A program made the position numbers and the translations under genes. A model generated the notes under the pieces. The model saw nothing but the letters and a program-made list of their open reading frames with translations, had not been told where the DNA came from and ran no database searches. Source: Candidatus Saccharimonadota bacterium (GTDB lineage: Bacteria; Patescibacteriota; Gracilibacteria; BD1-5; UBA6164). Taken from it: a stretch of DNA of 32,000 bases. The DNA is taken from assembly GCA_963677765.1 (NCBI GenBank), contig OY782392.1:510001-542000 (forward strand), written 5' to 3'. Shown here one piece after another: positions 29,836 to 32,000 of the stretch (positions within the stretch are counted from its first letter, which is position 1; every line of letters starts with the position of its first letter).

Positions 29836-32000
29836 TTATTTTTTATTATTTCATTTTAAAAATTTATTCTTAAAATCTAGATTTACTATATTTTGTCAGT
29901 TATTTAGTTTTATTTCAAAATAATTATTAGTTGGTTTTTCTTGTTCCCAGTTTGGTTTCATAACTATTTTTATACTATAATTTCATCTTTCTAAATCTTT
30001 AAATTCATAATATCAATTATTATCTGTAACTACAAATGATTCTTGATTTTCTTGTAGTTTTCAATCATTGTTACTATCTATATAGATTTTCCATCATGCC
30101 ATATTTGAATTTCATGGAGAATTTATTCATTTTAGATATCATGATATACTTCAAGTTTCATTTTCACTCTTTGGGAGTGAATTAAAGTAACTTTGTATAT
30201 CATATAATCAATCATTATTTGTATCTATAGAATATGATATACTATTATCTTCTTCATTTATTACTTTATTCCAGTTAATATCAAAATTTTGATTTTCTTT
30301 TATTGTTTCTAGTTGATGTATGTAGATGCTTCATGTAGAATTATTTTGGAAGTCATCTACTAATATATTGTATGAATTATTTTCGGTTTTATTATCATCA
30401 AAATCTATTTTAATATTTTCTCTTGATATATTAAATGTATCTGTTTGTCATAAGCTAGTACTTATTCACTCCAGTTTTGTATAATAGTCTCATCATGCTA
30501 TCATTATGTCATACTTTTCTTCAGCTTTACCATTTATTTCTATACTTAGATTTTCTAGTTTTTGTGGTAAGTAGATTTGTTTCCAATTATTTTGTTCTAA
30601 ATCACCATTTAATGGAACTAAAAGTCTAGCTCAAGGAATTTCTTCAAAAATATTTCAATCTTTATATCATACTTTATTACCATCTTTATCTTTTAATAAA
30701 AAATCAGAATCTCATTTGAAAGTATATAATATATCAACTACATTAAATCAAATAGGAAAAGATTTATTTCAATTATTGTTGACTTCCTCTATATCCATTA
30801 ATCATATCAATGTTAAACTTGTTTCATTAGCATCTTGTCTAGAGGTTATTTCAATATTTCAATCATTAATTTCTATATATTGTTCATATGATTTTAACTC
30901 TCAATATTCCTCACTATTAAAAAATGGAAACTTAACTACATTATCATAAATATATATTCTATTTCATTCTATTCTATATGGAATCACAGAGTGTCAGGTA
31001 AGTTTTCAATCAGATTTTTTCCATTCAAAATTAAGTATATATTTTTTATCTGGATTATTTTTTAGAGTTTCAAGTATTTTATTTGGATTTAAAGTATGAA
31101 TTCAAATAATATTTTTAGGGATTCAATCATTATTTAATTGATAATTATTTTTATTGTATTGAGATAAATGAAAAGCAAATATATCTTCTAAATCATCACT
31201 ATATAAATCCCAATTTTGATTTAAATCAGAGCTAGGATTACTAATCAAATCATATATATTACCATTTTTTATTTTAGTGTATAATCTGTTATGATTTTGC
31301 TCTAGATAATTTGGTATATTTTTACTTTTAAAATAATCATCTTGATATTTTAATAATGATAAAGTTGATAATCAAAAACAACTACCATTATTTATAAATG
31401 TTATATCATTATTTAATCATAATGATTCATATGCTCTAATTCTTTTAATTTCTCATTTTTCAAATCAAGTTCAAGCTCTTGTATCAAAAGCTTTATCAAA
31501 TATTTTCCATTTTCTTCAATCATCTTCTGATATTTTATAAAAAGGTTTATTATATGTAAATTTTATATCATATGTTCAAGTTAGTATTCAAGTAGCTGGA
31601 CTTCAATTCACAAAATTAAACCCATAAGGATAAGGTTCAAATCATTCAAAAAGTGAAAAATCTATTTCCCATGTTTGGTTTGTAACATAGTCAACTACTT
31701 CACTTTCATTTCAATTATTGTCAGTTATTTTTGCTTTCCATATATAATTTCATTCTCATATATATGGTACTATAGTAGTTCATGTTCATGAAATAAGCTC
31801 TATACTATCAGTATATAAAGGAGTTTTTTCTCATTTTCTATATACTTCAAATACCATGTTATATTTAGTTGTTGTATCGTTTTGTATACTTGCTTCCAAT
31901 ATTATTCAACTTCAAGATTGAAACTTACCTATACTACTTCATAGTTCTATCTCTTCTTTTTCTAGAAGTGGTGATTTTATATATTGTTTTAAGTTTGTTG
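29836..32000 (-). CDS. large secreted/surface protein (C-terminal 720 aa in window): beta-sandwich region, putative papain-like Cys/His module, Ca-binding-type DxNxDG loops, C-terminal SdrD-B-like domain
   Basis: One frame stays open from 31998 to TAA 29838..29836 with TGA=Gly. NNGSCFGLS (Cys codon 31378..31380) and TGHSVIPY (His codon 30991..30993) lie 129 residues apart. Also DTNNDGLYD, and GWKIYIDSNNDGKLQENQESFVVTDNNGYYEFKDLERGNYSIKIV. Confidence 0.7.
30287..30354. repeat. parental copy of the 68-bp repeat, inside the large surface-protein CDS (encodes DFQNNSTGSIYIHQLETIKENQN)
   Basis: Direct repeat of 29264..29331 with an offset of exactly 1023 bp. Weaker similarity continues for about 20 nt on the right-hand (higher-coordinate) side only. 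Confidence 0.9.

Noticed and set aside
1-32000. Mycoplasma/Spiroplasma-type code 4 (TGA=Trp), which the very low GC and many in-frame TGAs might suggest.
   Set aside because: TGA aligns to invariant Gly in [37 protein letters not shown] and STGAT. Conserved Trp positions use TGG.

Overview
Extremely AT-rich bacterial window (about 20-25% GC by eye). Under the standard code almost every gene is broken up; EF-G, for example, falls into at least 4 pieces. Reading TGA as glycine (translation table 25, the code of Gracilibacteria/Absconditabacteria-type Patescibacteria/CPR) restores 32 intact, tightly packed CDS plus one tRNA-Arg(CCU). All coordinates below come from hand translation with TGA=Gly and only TAA/TAG as stops. 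Recognisable genes on the minus strand: comFC, pepA, mutL, comEC, an Lgt-like gene, ndk, efp, rny, fusA, prmC, an ABC-2 permease, fmt, a type IV pilin-like gene and a WecA-like GT4 transferase. Recognisable genes on the plus strand: an S41 C-terminal processing protease, glyA, rplS and gatA. The rest are small or membrane hypotheticals, plus a large partial surface protein at the right edge. No CRISPR array, transposase, integrase or rRNA was seen. Observations worth a second look: (1) the recoding itself, with a strong TGA-usage gradient (0 in rplS, about 33 in the protease gene); (2) a 68-bp, 67/68-identical copy of an internal coding segment of the large surface-protein gene, sitting 1023 bp downstream between two terminators; (3) a perfect 44-nt palindrome in which two convergent genes overlap at their stop codons; (4) a TTT_TAA +1 frameshift-type junction between two hypothetical membrane ORFs; (5) a seven-gene minus-strand run with overlapping start/stop junctions, including a pilin-like gene overlapped by 19 nt by the WecA-like gene; (6) an EF-P with Arg at the normally modified loop position; (7) an Lgt-like protein that appears to lack the catalytic arginines. 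Functional calls rest on motifs recalled from memory, not on database searches.
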